Virus record (IMG/VR): IMGVR_UViG_3300003155_000119
Coordinates: 49,779-113,778 of that record
Reading direction: 5' to 3' (one strand)
From: a virus
Taxonomy: Duplodnaviria; Caudoviricetes
Length of the DNA stretch: 64,000 nucleotides
The notes under the pieces: model-generated
Database searches by the model: none
What the model saw: the letters and a program-made list of their open reading frames with translations, nothing else
What the model was told of the DNA's origin: nothing
In this document: in pieces, positions 46,710 through 56,969 of the stretch
How positions within the stretch are numbered: the stretch's first letter is position 1
Layout of the letters: each line of letters starts with the position of its first letter
Translations under genes and position numbers: made by a program

Positions 46710-49034
46710 TTATATTTTCATAACGGATTTAATTTTATCGTCTTTCGTTACAATAACTCCAGTTGTCATTCTGCCTGTCACTGGTATATCATTTGCGGCA
46801 ATACTCACTGTATTATTTTGACCAATAATTAAAATATTATCGTCTTTCGTTAAGATAAGAGCAGAAACTAATTTCCCCTTTTCTTCTGACGGCTTATATA
46901 CAAAGACTCCTTTGCCATTGCGGCCCTGGATATAAAATTCGTCGACACGCGTTAATTTACCATACCCATTCTCAGTAAAAGTGCCAATACATTCGTTCTT
47001 CGGATCTCTAATTGCGCTTGCCGCAATGACATAATCTTGCTCTTGCAGTTTCATACCTTTGACACCGATTGCGTTTCTTCCTATTGGCGCAATATCTTTA
47101 GTTTCTACCTTGACCGCAAGACCGCACTTCGAGATTAGCATTACGTCCTCGTCATTCATAAATTCTACATTAACTATAGAATCCCCTTCTTGCAATTTAA
47201 TTGCGGTAATACCAGTCTTTCTTTTTACGTTTTTATATTCATCAATAAGACTTTTCTTAATATACCCTTTTTTAGTAAAGAAAACAATATATTTAGAGAA
47301 CGAGAAAGAAGATACTGCAATCAAAGAATCATCAGAGTCTAGTCCAACTAGATTTCCTACACTAGTATTCTCATTCGCGGGAATATCATTTACTAGCAAT
47401 TTATACATCTTACCTTTTTTGGTAAAAATAAACAAATAATTCTGCGTATTTACCTTCAAAGAAGTTAGAATAGACTCCTCTTTAGTTTTAGACCCTTTCC
47501 CGCCTCTTCTTTGTACTTTAATTGATTTTTGAGGGACTCGTTTAACATAGCCCTCGTTATTAAAGATAACAATTACATCTTCTGATGGAATTTCTTCTTT
47601 AACTTTCTCTTCCTCTTTTTCTTCTAACTGAATAATTTCTGTTCTTCTCTTGTCTCCATACCTTTTTACGATACTAGAAAGACGTTCTCTAATAATTTGG
47701 TGCTGTCTGTCTTGGGACGAAAGAATATTTTCATACTCTAAAAGTTTGTTAGTCAACTCAGCCTTTTCATTTTGTAATTCAATCTTTTCCAAACCAGCTA
47801 AACTACCTAATTTCATGTTGACAATCGCTTGGGCTTGGTTCGTAGAGAAAGAATATTTCTCAATTAATTTATTACAAGCATCTTTTGAGGATTCAGCTTT
47901 CTTTATCAGATTAATAATATTATCAATATCTTCAAGCGCTTTTAAAAGACCATTAATTATTTCAAGCCTACTAAGCGATTTCTCTTTATCAAAGTTAATT
48001 TCCTTAATTAAGCAATCTATATTATGAGATAGATATATTTTAATACAGTCTTTTAATCCTAATTCAGTTGGGACTTTATTGACAAGAGCAACTTGGTTAT
48101 AGTTAATAGACTTCTGCATATTCGTCTTTGCAAAAATCTTTTTAACTACAGTTTCAATATTTGAACCTTTGCGACACTCAACAACGATTCTAACTCCTTT
48201 TTTATTACTCTCATCATGAACGTCAATAATATCTTCTATCTCTTGTTCACCTAAAGCTCCAATTTCTTTAATCAACTCTTCAAGAGTAGTTTCATAAGGA
48301 ATTTCATAATAGATAATTTTATTCTTTTCTATTCTGTACTTAGCTCTTACTTTAACCGCGCCTTTGCCGCAAGCAATAATTTTTGGTAACTCACTCCCAT
48401 TGATAATAAGTCCACCTGTGGGGAAATCAGGACCAGGAAGAGTTGGTTCTTTACCTTCCATATAATCATAAATAGCATTAGCTACTTCAGGCAAGTTATG
48501 CGTTAAAAAATGGCAGCTAATTGCGACACCAATTCCCAGATTTGGATTGCACAATAGATTAGGAAAGATTGCGGGAAGAGTGACTGGCTCTTCATCGTTC
48601 TCGTCATAGTTTGGAACAAAATGAACATTTCTCTTTTTAATATTAGCTAGCAAGCCATCCTCTGCAATCTTAGCTAACCTAGCATTGGTATAGCGGTACG
48701 CGGCAGGGCCGTCTCCGCTAATATTGCCCATGTTACCATGAAAGTCAATTAGAGGATAACGCATTACCCATGGTTGAGAGAGATTAACTAATGCACCGTA
48801 TATGGACGAGTCACCGTGAGGATGGAAACGGGCCATGGTCGATCCGACGATATTGGCACACTTCACATGTTCATGATTAGATGTATACCCCTCATCATAT
48901 GCGTCCCAAAGAATACGACGGGCAACTGGTTTTAATCCAGACTTAGCATCTGGAATTGCTCTGTCCGTATTTACTGCAACAGAGTACTCAATAAAATTTT
49001 GTTGTAATTCATTATTCAAATCATTAAATTCCAT
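46710..49034 (-). CDS. gyrA: Type IIA topoisomerase subunit A (gyrase A-like)
   Basis: GLKPVARRIL, HPHGDSS, AAYRYT, PGPDFPTGG, GyrA-box-like QRRGGKG, beta-pinwheel repeats. Confidence 0.93.
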   Translation of the reverse strand: MEFNDLNNELQQNFIEYSVAVNTDRAIPDAKSGLKPVARRILWDAYDEGYTSNHEHVKCANIVGSTMARFHPHGDSSIYGALVNLSQPWVMRYPLIDFHGNMGNISGDGPAAYRYTNARLAKIAEDGLLANIKKRNVHFVPNYDENDEEPVTLPAIFPNLLCNPNLGIGVAISCHFLTHNLPEVANAIYDYMEGKEPTLPGPDFPTGGLIINGSELPKIIACGKGAVKVRAKYRIEKNKIIYYEIPYETTLEELIKEIGALGEQEIEDIIDVHDESNKKGVRIVVECRKGSNIETVVKKIFAKTNMQKSINYNQVALVNKVPTELGLKDCIKIYLSHNIDCLIKEINFDKEKSLSRLEIINGLLKALEDIDNIINLIKKAESSKDACNKLIEKYSFSTNQAQAIVNMKLGSLAGLEKIELQNEKAELTNKLLEYENILSSQDRQHQIIRERLSSIVKRYGDKRRTEIIQLEEKEEEKVKEEIPSEDVIVIFNNEGYVKRVPQKSIKVQRRGGKGSKTKEESILTSLKVNTQNYLFIFTKKGKMYKLLVNDIPANENTSVGNLVGLDSDDSLIAVSSFSFSKYIVFFTKKGYIKKSLIDEYKNVKRKTGITAIKLQEGDSIVNVEFMNDEDVMLISKCGLAVKVETKDIAPIGRNAIGVKGMKLQEQDYVIAASAIRDPKNECIGTFTENGYGKLTRVDEFYIQGRNGKGVFVYKPSEEKGKLVSALILTKDDNILIIGQNNTVSIAANDIPVTGRMTTGVIVTKDDKIKSVMKI

Positions 49035-51194
49035 ATTGTACAGCCTCCTGAGAATGATTTTTAATGAATTCTTTACGCGGTTCAACAGCGTTCCCCATTA
49101 AGTCATCAAATAATTGATTAGCTTTTTCTACATCGGCTACCGTTACTTGCTTAATGATACGCATTTCAGGATTTACAAGGATTTCAGTCTCGTCTTCGGA
49201 CATTTCGCCTACGCGATATTCCGCTATTTCTAGCGGCGCTGACTATTTCTTCCGAGTAACTCGGTCTACCGTTTCCCAGAACGTACCAATAGTTCCAGTA
49301 CTTCCCTACAAAGGGAATAGTCGATACAGGATTTAATTCCCACGAGATCATCATGCTAATTACTTAGTTTAGACTACCTCGTTAGCTTAGATAATATATA
49401 TAAACCCCTATGGTCAATAGGAAAAGTAGATAAGGGCCAGACTACCTCTTACCCTTTTAAATGCTTAACACTATACTTTTTAGACTTAGCTTCTTCTTTA
49501 TACTTAACTAAAGCCGCATCGTCTTTAAGATAAATATATTTATCTTTGCCTTCCGTTACTTTATACAGAGGCGGAACTCCGGCATAAACATATCCATCAA
49601 TGATAAGCTGAGGTGCAAACGTCCACAAAAAGGTGTAAAATAGATTCTTGATATGGGACCCGTCGCTGTCCGCGTCACTTTCGATTATAATTTTACCATA
49701 ACGCAATTCATCTTCATCATAAGTCAATTTCATTGTCTTAGGGTCAACTTTAAGGCCAAAAGCCTCAATCATTGTCATTATTTCTGCGTTCTTTTGAATT
49801 TTATCTAAAGAACTTTTTCTCACATTGAGCAGTTTTCCTCTCACGGGAAGAACAGCAATGAACTCATTATCTCGCGCGGATTTCAAATTGCCTGCGGCGG
49901 AGTTCCCTTCCACTACATAAATTTCACACTTTTTGCGGTCAGGACTGAAACAATCCGCAAGTTTGCTATCAAATTTAAGAGCTTTAGTTTTCTTTTTAGT
50001 ACCTTCTCTTACGGCTTCTCGTGCTTTCTTTGCTGCCTCTCTAGCTTTTCGCGCATTAAGCGCCTTCTCAATTATTATCTTAATATCTTTCTCTTGATGA
50101 ATAAAAATATTTTTAAGCGCTTTAGTTGTTAACTTCTGAACATAAGTGCGTCCTTCTGAAGAACTTAACTCTTCTTTATTCTGACCTTTAAATACGGGGT
50201 CAATCATTTTAAAATTAAGAATAAGAATTTGACCTTCCTCAAAATCAGAACCTGTTAAATTATTATCCTTATCTTTCAACATTTTTTTGTCTCTTGCAAA
50301 ATCATTAAGAGCACTAGTCCATGCCATCTTAAAGCCTGTAAGATGAGTTCCTTTCTCTTGAGGAATGTTATTAGTATATAATTTTACAATAGAAGAATAG
50401 CTATTATTGTAGCCAAGAGCGACTTCTATTTGATAACTATTTTCTGATTCAGTAAAATAAATAGAATTACAAATAAAATCTTTATCTTTATTTAAATAAT
50501 TTAAATAATCATACAGACCTTTCTCAGAATAATAAGTTCTTACAATGTTATTTTTTTCATCTGTGAAATTAAAAGTAAGTCCACGACAAAGATAAGAAAA
50601 TTCCTGAATCATATTTTGCAGTTCCTGACTGTCTGCTTCGACTGTTTCAAAAATATCTGAATCAGGATAAAATAAAACAGAAACGCCACTTTTATTTTTA
50701 TCTATTGCTTCTGTACTATATGAAACAAATTTTCCTTTACTAAACTCAACGATTTCTTTCTCCCCATCTCGTTCGGTAGTTACTATCATCTTAGTCGACA
50801 AAGCATTTACAGCTTTGCCTCCTGTTCCATGCTCCCCTCCAGATGTATTATATCCAGACTCTCCCGTTGCATTATTGAATTTTCCTCCTGTATTAGCAAT
50901 GCCAAAACAGGCTTGCAAGATAGAACATCCACTTTTATGCTTTCCATGCGGGATTCCTCTACCATTGTCTTTTATATAAATACCACCATCTCGTTGCAGA
51001 ACTATCTCAATTTGAGTCCCCGCTCCATTTAAATATTCATCAATGCTATTAGAAATAATTTCTTTAATACAATGATGTAATCCTTTAATATCTTTCGAAC
51101 CAATATACATACCTGGGTATCTTCGTATATGTTCAAAATAATCAAGCGACTCAATACTATCTTTTGTATAAAGTTTTTCCATTTGATATTTCAC
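49024..51194 (-). CDS. gyrB: Type IIA topoisomerase subunit B; two exons 51194-49451 and 49211-49024
   Basis: HIRRYPGMYIG, DNGRGIP, VEGNSA, PVRGK, DADSDG; splicing restores HLKG-LGEM...LMGNAVEPRKEFI. Confidence 0.93.
49212..49450 (-). mobile_element. ORF-less group I intron (239 nt) in gyrB
   Basis: Exon ends U (GGG T), intron ends G; P1 AAGGGU/GCCCUU, P3 UCUAC/GUAGA, P7 GACUAUU/AAUAGUC; splicing makes TTA Leu of KGLGEM. Confidence 0.9.
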
Positions 51195-51982
51195 TCTCCT
51201 CTTTGTTCTTCCTCAAAATATCTCCACTTAAATCCACCACAAAAATTTCTTCTTCCCTTACAGACTTTAATAATAGCACTCGAATCACAATTATTCATCC
51301 GACTAGCTAAAGCCGCAGTATCATAAATATCTATTATTTCATTAGTATTTGGGTCTATTTTTACAACTTTCTTACTCTTGGACTGAATTTGCGTTGTATT
51401 TTTATCTCCTTTATACTAATATCCAGTATAATTAGGTATAGCCAGTTCATTATTATCATTTAGCCAACAAAAATATCTATTAGAAGTTGTTTTCTATTCT
51501 CCTCGACAACAAGCTGCTATCTTTCTTTCATCGCATCCTGTCTATTCTGCACAATCAACAATACTTCTGTATATATTAATAATATTAAAATTCTTATCAA
51601 TTTCTGCAACACATTTTGCTTTATTTCTTTTTGTCTCTCTAATTTTTTGATAAGTATTAGCGTCATTTATAGGATGCTCTGTATTAATGGTTTGATTGTA
51701 ACCATTTGGAGATAACGAATTCATTTTTATGATATAACGCTATTCTATTTCACGAATTTCCTGCTCAGAGCACTCTTTTTCTTCCAAAATTTCAAATTTA
51801 AAATTATTTATTCCATATTTTCTTATTGCCGAATATAAAGGATAATTATATTTTGGATTATTTTTATGAGTTGCATTATATATATGCTAATTAAATCTTC
51901 TTTTTGGTTCGTTTATTGTAGAGCCAATATATTTTTTATTATTTATTAAATTAGTAAAACAATAAATATAATTTTTCGCCAT
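51191..51982 (-). CDS. Free-standing GIY-YIG endonuclease with two NUMOD1-like repeats (5 TAG)
   Basis: YIYCFTNLINNKKYIGST, PNGYN, IAACCRGE, IIKVCKGRR..GGFKWRY; TGA overlaps gyrB GTG. Confidence 0.85.
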
Positions 51983-52018
51983 TCTCTTTTTCCTTTCTTC
52001 TATATATTTTATATGATA

Positions 52019-52047
52019 ATTATAGCATATTTTCTTTTGTACGTCAA
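52019..52047 (-). promoter_or_regulatory. sigmaA-type promoter for GIY-YIG/gyrB/gyrA
   Basis: TTGACG-17-TATAAT with extended TG. Confidence 0.75.
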
Positions 52048-52154
52048 GGTTTGTGCCGCCGTGGGAAAATCATCATTACAGTAAAATAACTTTTAAATTT
52101 TAGCACCTCGTCCCTTGCCCGCATAAAAAATAATAAGAGGACAAGACCGCCCTC

Positions 52155-52658
52155 TTATATATCTTCTGCTTTATTCACTATATTATTTACTTTAATTAGT
52201 TGATAATACTTATTCTTATCTAATGTAGCTAATGAATCAGCTATCTCATTTTCTATTGATTTACTATGCCCTTTAATCTTTTCTATTCTAAAATTAGGAA
52301 AACTTATTGTTAGATATTTATATATTTCTTTCATCAATTCAACATTCTTGACGTCTCCTTTATTTGCGGTTTTCCATCCATTATTAGCCCAAGTATAAAT
52401 CCAGTCGTTACACGCATGCACACAATAAGCAGAATCGCAATATATAACGAATTTTTCGGAGACATTAGCTTCATCTTGAGTAATTTCTAATGCTCGTAAT
52501 ACCCCATTTAATTCCGCTTGATTATTCGTAGTTAAATCATATCTCTTATACTCTGACTTAATCAAGATTCCATTCTCGTCAAAGATGCAAACACCATACC
52601 CCCCTACTCCAGGATTTCCTCTACTAGACCCATCTGTATAAATTTTCTTCATCATCAT
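52155..52658 (-). CDS. rnhA: Ribonuclease HI
   Basis: IYTDGSSRGNPG, TNNQAEL, CDSAYC, WANNGW, KIKGHS, NEIADSLA. Confidence 0.93.
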   Translation of the reverse strand: MMMKKIYTDGSSRGNPGVGGYGVCIFDENGILIKSEYKRYDLTTNNQAELNGVLRALEITQDEANVSEKFVIYCDSAYCVHACNDWIYTWANNGWKTANKGDVKNVELMKEIYKYLTISFPNFRIEKIKGHSKSIENEIADSLATLDKNKYYQLIKVNNIVNKAEDI

Positions 52659-52756
52659 ACAACACTCTCCTTTGACTTATATCTATTATATTATAACATA
52701 TCTTTGCACTTTTCTCGTCTATACTTATATTCCTTCTAGTCCTCGGGATCCCTCAC

Positions 52757-52785
52757 TTGACAAAGAAAAAATTTTTTGCTACAAT
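52757..52785 (+). promoter_or_regulatory. sigmaA-type promoter firing into an AT-rich intergenic region
   Basis: TTGACA-17-TACAAT with extended TG. Confidence 0.7.
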
Positions 52786-53017
52786 ATTACCGGTGGGTGG
52801 ATGGAAAATAAACAAACAAAAAACAAAAGGGAAAAGGAAGTTATTATATATATTATATTACTATATATTACTATATATTACTTATACTATATGTATATAT
52901 TATATATCTTCTCTTTCCCTTATTCTCCTATAAGCCCTTTACAATTTGTATAATCTTTCTATCATATTACAATACATAATATTATAAATACACTCCACAT
53001 ATAACACACATAATTAA

Positions 53018-53048
53018 AAGGTATACGGTTTTCCTTTCCGTATACCTT
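53018..53048. terminator. Intrinsic terminator downstream of holin
   Basis: AAGGTATACGG/CCGTATACCTT stem flanked by A and T tracts. Confidence 0.7.
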
Positions 53049-53068
53049 CTTTTATTATATACAATTTG

Positions 53069-53449
53069 TTATTCGGTCTTAGTAGGAGTTATAGTTCCAT
53101 CAATTACATAAGCCTTTACTTTTTCGTTACTCTCTAACTGATTATTCATCCATTCAAGAGCTTCATCTACCCAGGTACTAAATGTCTCAAATGTAATAAA
53201 TTCACCAACCCAAGGGAATTTTTCTACAGCCATATCATATACATCTCGTAATTTTAGTTGACCAGTACCGCTCCCTAGGGCCGCCTCAGCCTCTGTAACC
53301 GCAAGTTTTAACCACTCTTTTAGGTTTTCAATTTGTTTATCAGATGGTGAGCGTACAAACTGTACAACTTTAACAATAAAAACTGCTAGGGCCGCAATAC
53401 TTAAAATAATTGTCAGCCAGTTATTCATAATAAATCCTAAAATATCCAT
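53069..53449 (-). CDS. Holin (LL-H-like)
   Basis: Single N-terminal TM helix, WLKLAVTEAEAALGSGTGQLKL, next to endolysin. Confidence 0.8.
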   Translation of the reverse strand: MDILGFIMNNWLTIILSIAALAVFIVKVVQFVRSPSDKQIENLKEWLKLAVTEAEAALGSGTGQLKLRDVYDMAVEKFPWVGEFITFETFSTWVDEALEWMNNQLESNEKVKAYVIDGTITPTKTE

Positions 53450-53455
53450 ATCTAA

Positions 53456-54109
53456 TTATCCTCCTAATGCCGCCCATGTTTTAGTTCCAACTATTCCATC
53501 AACAGCTAGTCCATGAGCTTTCTAAAATTCTTTTACTTTCGTTTCGGTTTTAGCTCCAAATATGCCGTCCGCAGTAACTCCTAGGTGTCGTTGCAATGCG
53601 GTAACTGCATAACTGATTCCATTGCTATTGTCTCTAGCTCCTTTTTTAATAGTAGGCATTATTTTAGATACTGAGACATAAGCGGTTCCAGATTTACTAA
53701 TCCAGCGACTAGACCAAGACCGCGTATCCACATGGACAAATCCCGCTTTTAAATCCGTCCTGGAGTAATAGCCAATCCCGCCCTTGGCCACAAATTCTGG
53801 TAAAGACGCAATATATAAAGCAACAGCCAATGGGTCAGTATCTTTTACAACAATATCTGCGGCAGTTCCTTTACAGTGTTGGCTATTGGAACTTCCACCA
53901 ACTTTTTTGTTATAAGAGCTAGTCCTATATGCGCTATTAATTGTAACCGCTTTACCGAAATGGTTGCGTACCTTCTAAAGAACTGATACAAGAGCATCAT
54001 CAATTAGCACTCTATCTGAGCCGTTATTACAAGCAAACTCTCTTACATGAAAATTCGCGGAAAGAGCTAAGTTTCTTTGAGTTGCCATTGAGTAAGTTTT
54101 TACACTCAT
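53456..54109 (-). CDS. Endolysin: peptidase M15A domain plus peptidoglycan-binding domain (2 TAG)
   Basis: L(Q)KVRNHFG, SAYRT..NKKVGG..SQHCKGTAADI, FVHVDTR; PG-binding VKEF(Q)KAHGLAVDGIVGTKTW; TAGs at 53975-53977 and 53522-53524. Confidence 0.9.
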
Positions 54110-54139
54110 AACTTTATTTATCTTACTCCTTTCTATTGT

Positions 54140-54457
54140 TTAGTCATTTTTTACTAATATTTCAATTATATGGTCGATTAATTCACTAAATTCGTTGAAA
54201 GATACTAGCTCCTAAAATTTTAATTCTTTAGGAATAATCTAGCATAGAACAGTATATAATGCTTTCTTAACTGGCGCAGTCTGCTGATATAAAACTCCTA
54301 AAAGCGCGTTAAGAAAATTATTATTACCGAAGTTAATAGAGTTTTCTTCCTCTATTTTCTCAGTAATATCTATATTATATGTATTCTTTAGCTCTTGTTT
54401 TAACAATAGCCAAAAGTTCTATTCAAACTCAGTTATTTGATTCTTTAGATTCGTCAT
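54140..54457 (-). CDS. Hypothetical protein in lysis cassette (3 TAG)
   Basis: GGAGG RBS, ATG 54457, TAA 54140-54142; absent from ORF track. Confidence 0.65.
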
Positions 54458-54911
54458 CAGTTATTCCTCCTTGCCGCATTGCGGTTTCATAAGTGATTCC
54501 GCCTTTTGTGTTTTCTTTAGTTGCTTTAATAGTATATATTGCGTATCCTATAACTTCAGTTACTACAGCTCCAATAAGTGCGGTCAAAGGAGAAAAATCT
54601 ATAACAGAACCACTTGCCGCATATGATTTAACAGCAATATATAAAATAAAGCATGAAAAAATCTCTATAATGGTACAATTAATAAAAAGAAAAGAGATAA
54701 GAAATTTTGATGTGTTTGGCTTTTTAAATTTTATCTCCAATTTTTTCCTTTTAAGCTATTGTTCCTCTTTAAACAGGCGTTTTTCCATTTTGAGCTTATG
54801 TTCTCTCTATAACAGAGGTTTCTATTGCTCCCACAATTTTTCTTCTGCTGAAATATCTTTCTCCTTTTCCTCTATGGAGCGCCTTCCGATTCTAATGATT
54901 ATTTCCTTCAC
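54429..54911 (-). CDS. Two-TM membrane protein, holin-like (3 TAG; start uncertain)
   Basis: Track ORF 54429-54740 extends upstream in frame through TAGs; two hydrophobic helices and KATKENTKGGITYE. Confidence 0.65.
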
Positions 54912-54973
54912 CACCTTAAAAAAACTCTATTCTTCATAAGGTACATGAAAAATAGAGCAATTAAATTATCTTA

Positions 54974-55525
54974 TTATGACCAGCCGTAATGATTTTTCAG
55001 GTCTGTAAGTATTTCTTCTTGTGAAATAGGACAGCTATTATGCGCGTCTACAGAAACGTTATACACTAGCATCTGACTATCAGAGGACGGGAAAATTAAT
55101 TTAGAATGAGTATGTCCATGAATACTAACCATTTTATGCCTGCTAATATTGTCACCACAAAGAACTGGATAATGGCACAGGAAAAAATCTTTAGTCTTGC
55201 TAATATTGTGGACAAGAGCGTTAGATACCCATTCAATATTATTGCATTCACTTGTAAGAATTTTTACTTTATTGTCTGTGTCATGATTGCCTTTGATGAT
55301 GCGCAAATGCCCGTTTAAGCGCTTGATGTATTGAACTCCTTCATAAATATTTCCCATTACTAAGTCGCCAAGGACATAAACTATGTCGTCTGGACGGACT
55401 AGTGAATCATGCCGCTGAACAAGTGCTTCATTCATACTCTCAATATCTTTAAATCCGCGCTCTTTATAAATGAAATCTTTATTATGATTAAAATGCCAGT
55501 CCGATGTGAACCAAATATTAGACAT
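54974..55525 (-). CDS. Calcineurin-like metallophosphoesterase
   Basis: TSDWH, LGD, GNHD, CHYP, HGHTH; start reassigned to MSNIWF. Confidence 0.88.
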   Translation of the reverse strand: MSNIWFTSDWHFNHNKDFIYKERGFKDIESMNEALVQRHDSLVRPDDIVYVLGDLVMGNIYEGVQYIKRLNGHLRIIKGNHDTDNKVKILTSECNNIEWVSNALVHNISKTKDFFLCHYPVLCGDNISRHKMVSIHGHTHSKLIFPSSDSQMLVYNVSVDAHNSCPISQEEILTDLKNHYGWS

Positions 55526-55823
55526 AATTAACCCTCCAATCAACATAATCAGAATTAACAATAGCATTAGATACAGCAAAAATAATTGCGTCCTTGTAAT
55601 CAGAATTATATATTACAATAGGAAAAGTACAAAATGCGGTCTTAGCCTTAACGTCGTTGACACTAAATTCAACAATCGTCAAGACGCCGTCCCGCATAGT
55701 CCTATTAATTTACTTTACATAAAAAATATCTGTTTCGAGCAATCTACATAGCTCTCTATTCAGGCGTTTAATAAAACGGTTAATTTCTCTTTGCTCTTGC
55801 TTAATCTTTTTAAAGTTAGCCAT
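55518..55823 (-). pseudogene. Third paralog of the MA..K..K..QR..N family, interrupted by in-frame TAA
   Basis: MANFKKIKQEQREINRFIKRLN... TAA at 55710-55712, same frame continues to TAA 55518-55520. Confidence 0.55.
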
Positions 55824-55998
55824 TACCTCTCCTTACTTTAATTAAGTAATCATCAATTTTTGCTTTAGCTGCATTGATTTCATAGATGGATGCTTCAATA
55901 CTTCTGTTGCTGTCTGCGCAGTCAAAATGGGAATATGCAATATTAAGTCTGTTAATTAACTCCACCCACTCTTTATTTGTTGAATAGTTTGGATTCAT
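55816..55998 (-). CDS. YaaL/DUF2508-like small protein
   Basis: AYSHFDCAD...IEASIYEINAAKAK resembles the DUF2508 pattern A...F....D.DLID..IYE..A as recalled. Confidence 0.55.
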   Translation of the reverse strand: MNPNYSTNKEWVELINRLNIAYSHFDCADSNRSIEASIYEINAAKAKIDDYLIKVRRGNG

Positions 55999-56329
55999 TG
56001 ATAGCTTCCTCCCACTCTGCTTCAGAAACAGTTCTATAATAATTCTCAAGAGACATAGAATAATTTTCAATGTACTCTGCAATATAGTGAAGAATTTCAT
56101 CTATGTTGGTATTATCATAGATAACGAAAGCAACTGGTTCGCAATTATTTCCGCAAAGAGTTACTCGCTCCCATAGACGTTCTGTTCTTCTATTGTATCC
56201 ATTAAAAGGAAAATCAAGAAAGTAATGGTCTGCGGCAAGGAGCTTTTCCTGATTAAGAATTTTATTGATTTCTCGAACAATTTTATTAATCTTTCTCTGT
56301 TGCTTCTTACGATTTTTATAACAAGCCAT
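55973..56329 (-). CDS. Hypothetical protein (paralog family)
   Basis: MACYKNRKKQQRKINKIV. Confidence 0.7.
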   Translation of the reverse strand: MACYKNRKKQQRKINKIVREINKILNQEKLLAADHYFLDFPFNGYNRRTERLWERVTLCGNNCEPVAFVIYDNTNIDEILHYIAEYIENYSMSLENYYRTVSEAEWEEAINESKLFNK

Positions 56330-56691
56330 TAATAGTATACCTCTGTCTGCTCATAAGGACTAGGTTTTTCTCTCCATACATCGCAGTAAAAAACAATAAA
56401 ATCGTTTAGTAGCACATAAATATGATTTTCAAATAAGGAAAGAGGCTGATACCAGCTTCTTTTTGTTTTACCAGTTTTTTTATCAACGAATTCTAGCTCT
56501 ACATAAAAATCGCCATCGTCACAAAAGCCTTTCTCATAATAATCTCTAGGAAATGGATGATAGTCGCTTCGGAGCTGTTTAATCTGGAACCTACCGCGCC
56601 AAAGACTATCATCTTTCATTCGCTGATTAACTTTTTTGATAATTTTGTTCATTTTACGCTGCTGTTTTTTTCGGTCTTTAAAGCAAGCCAT
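56329..56691 (-). CDS. Hypothetical protein (paralog family)
   Basis: MACFKDRKKQQRKMNKII; DDSLWRGRF. Confidence 0.7.
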   Translation of the reverse strand: MACFKDRKKQQRKMNKIIKKVNQRMKDDSLWRGRFQIKQLRSDYHPFPRDYYEKGFCDDGDFYVELEFVDKKTGKTKRSWYQPLSLFENHIYVLLNDFIVFYCDVWREKPSPYEQTEVYY

Positions 56692-56693
56692 AA

Positions 56694-56942
56694 TTAAATC
56701 TCCTTATCAAGCCAATTATCTTCCAGTTCCGCTTTCGCCATGTCACTAAAATCAATATCTTCTGGGTCAATTCCGCGATCTTTAAACATGGAATAATTTT
56801 CTTTATTATACTCAATAAAGTTACCTAATGAAACGCCATACCACTCCCAGTTATCAACTCCACCATTTACAAGCGCGCATAGACGCATATCAGATTCAAT
56901 AAGGTTAAGGAGTTTATCTTCTGCAATTTTGTAATATTTCAT
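56694..56942 (-). CDS. Conserved phage hypothetical protein
   Basis: ALVNGGVDNWEWY motif; RBS and promoter upstream. Confidence 0.7.
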   Translation of the reverse strand: MKYYKIAEDKLLNLIESDMRLCALVNGGVDNWEWYGVSLGNFIEYNKENYSMFKDRGIDPEDIDFSDMAKAELEDNWLDKEI

Positions 56943-56969
56943 TGTTTACACCTTTCCTTTCTATATAAT

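Noticed and set aside
19875-55751. Numerous + strand track ORFs antisense to replication genes (e.g. 27616, 28705, 37069, 41798, 47059, 47650)
   Set aside because: Shadow ORFs opposite well-supported genes, with no recognisable motifs
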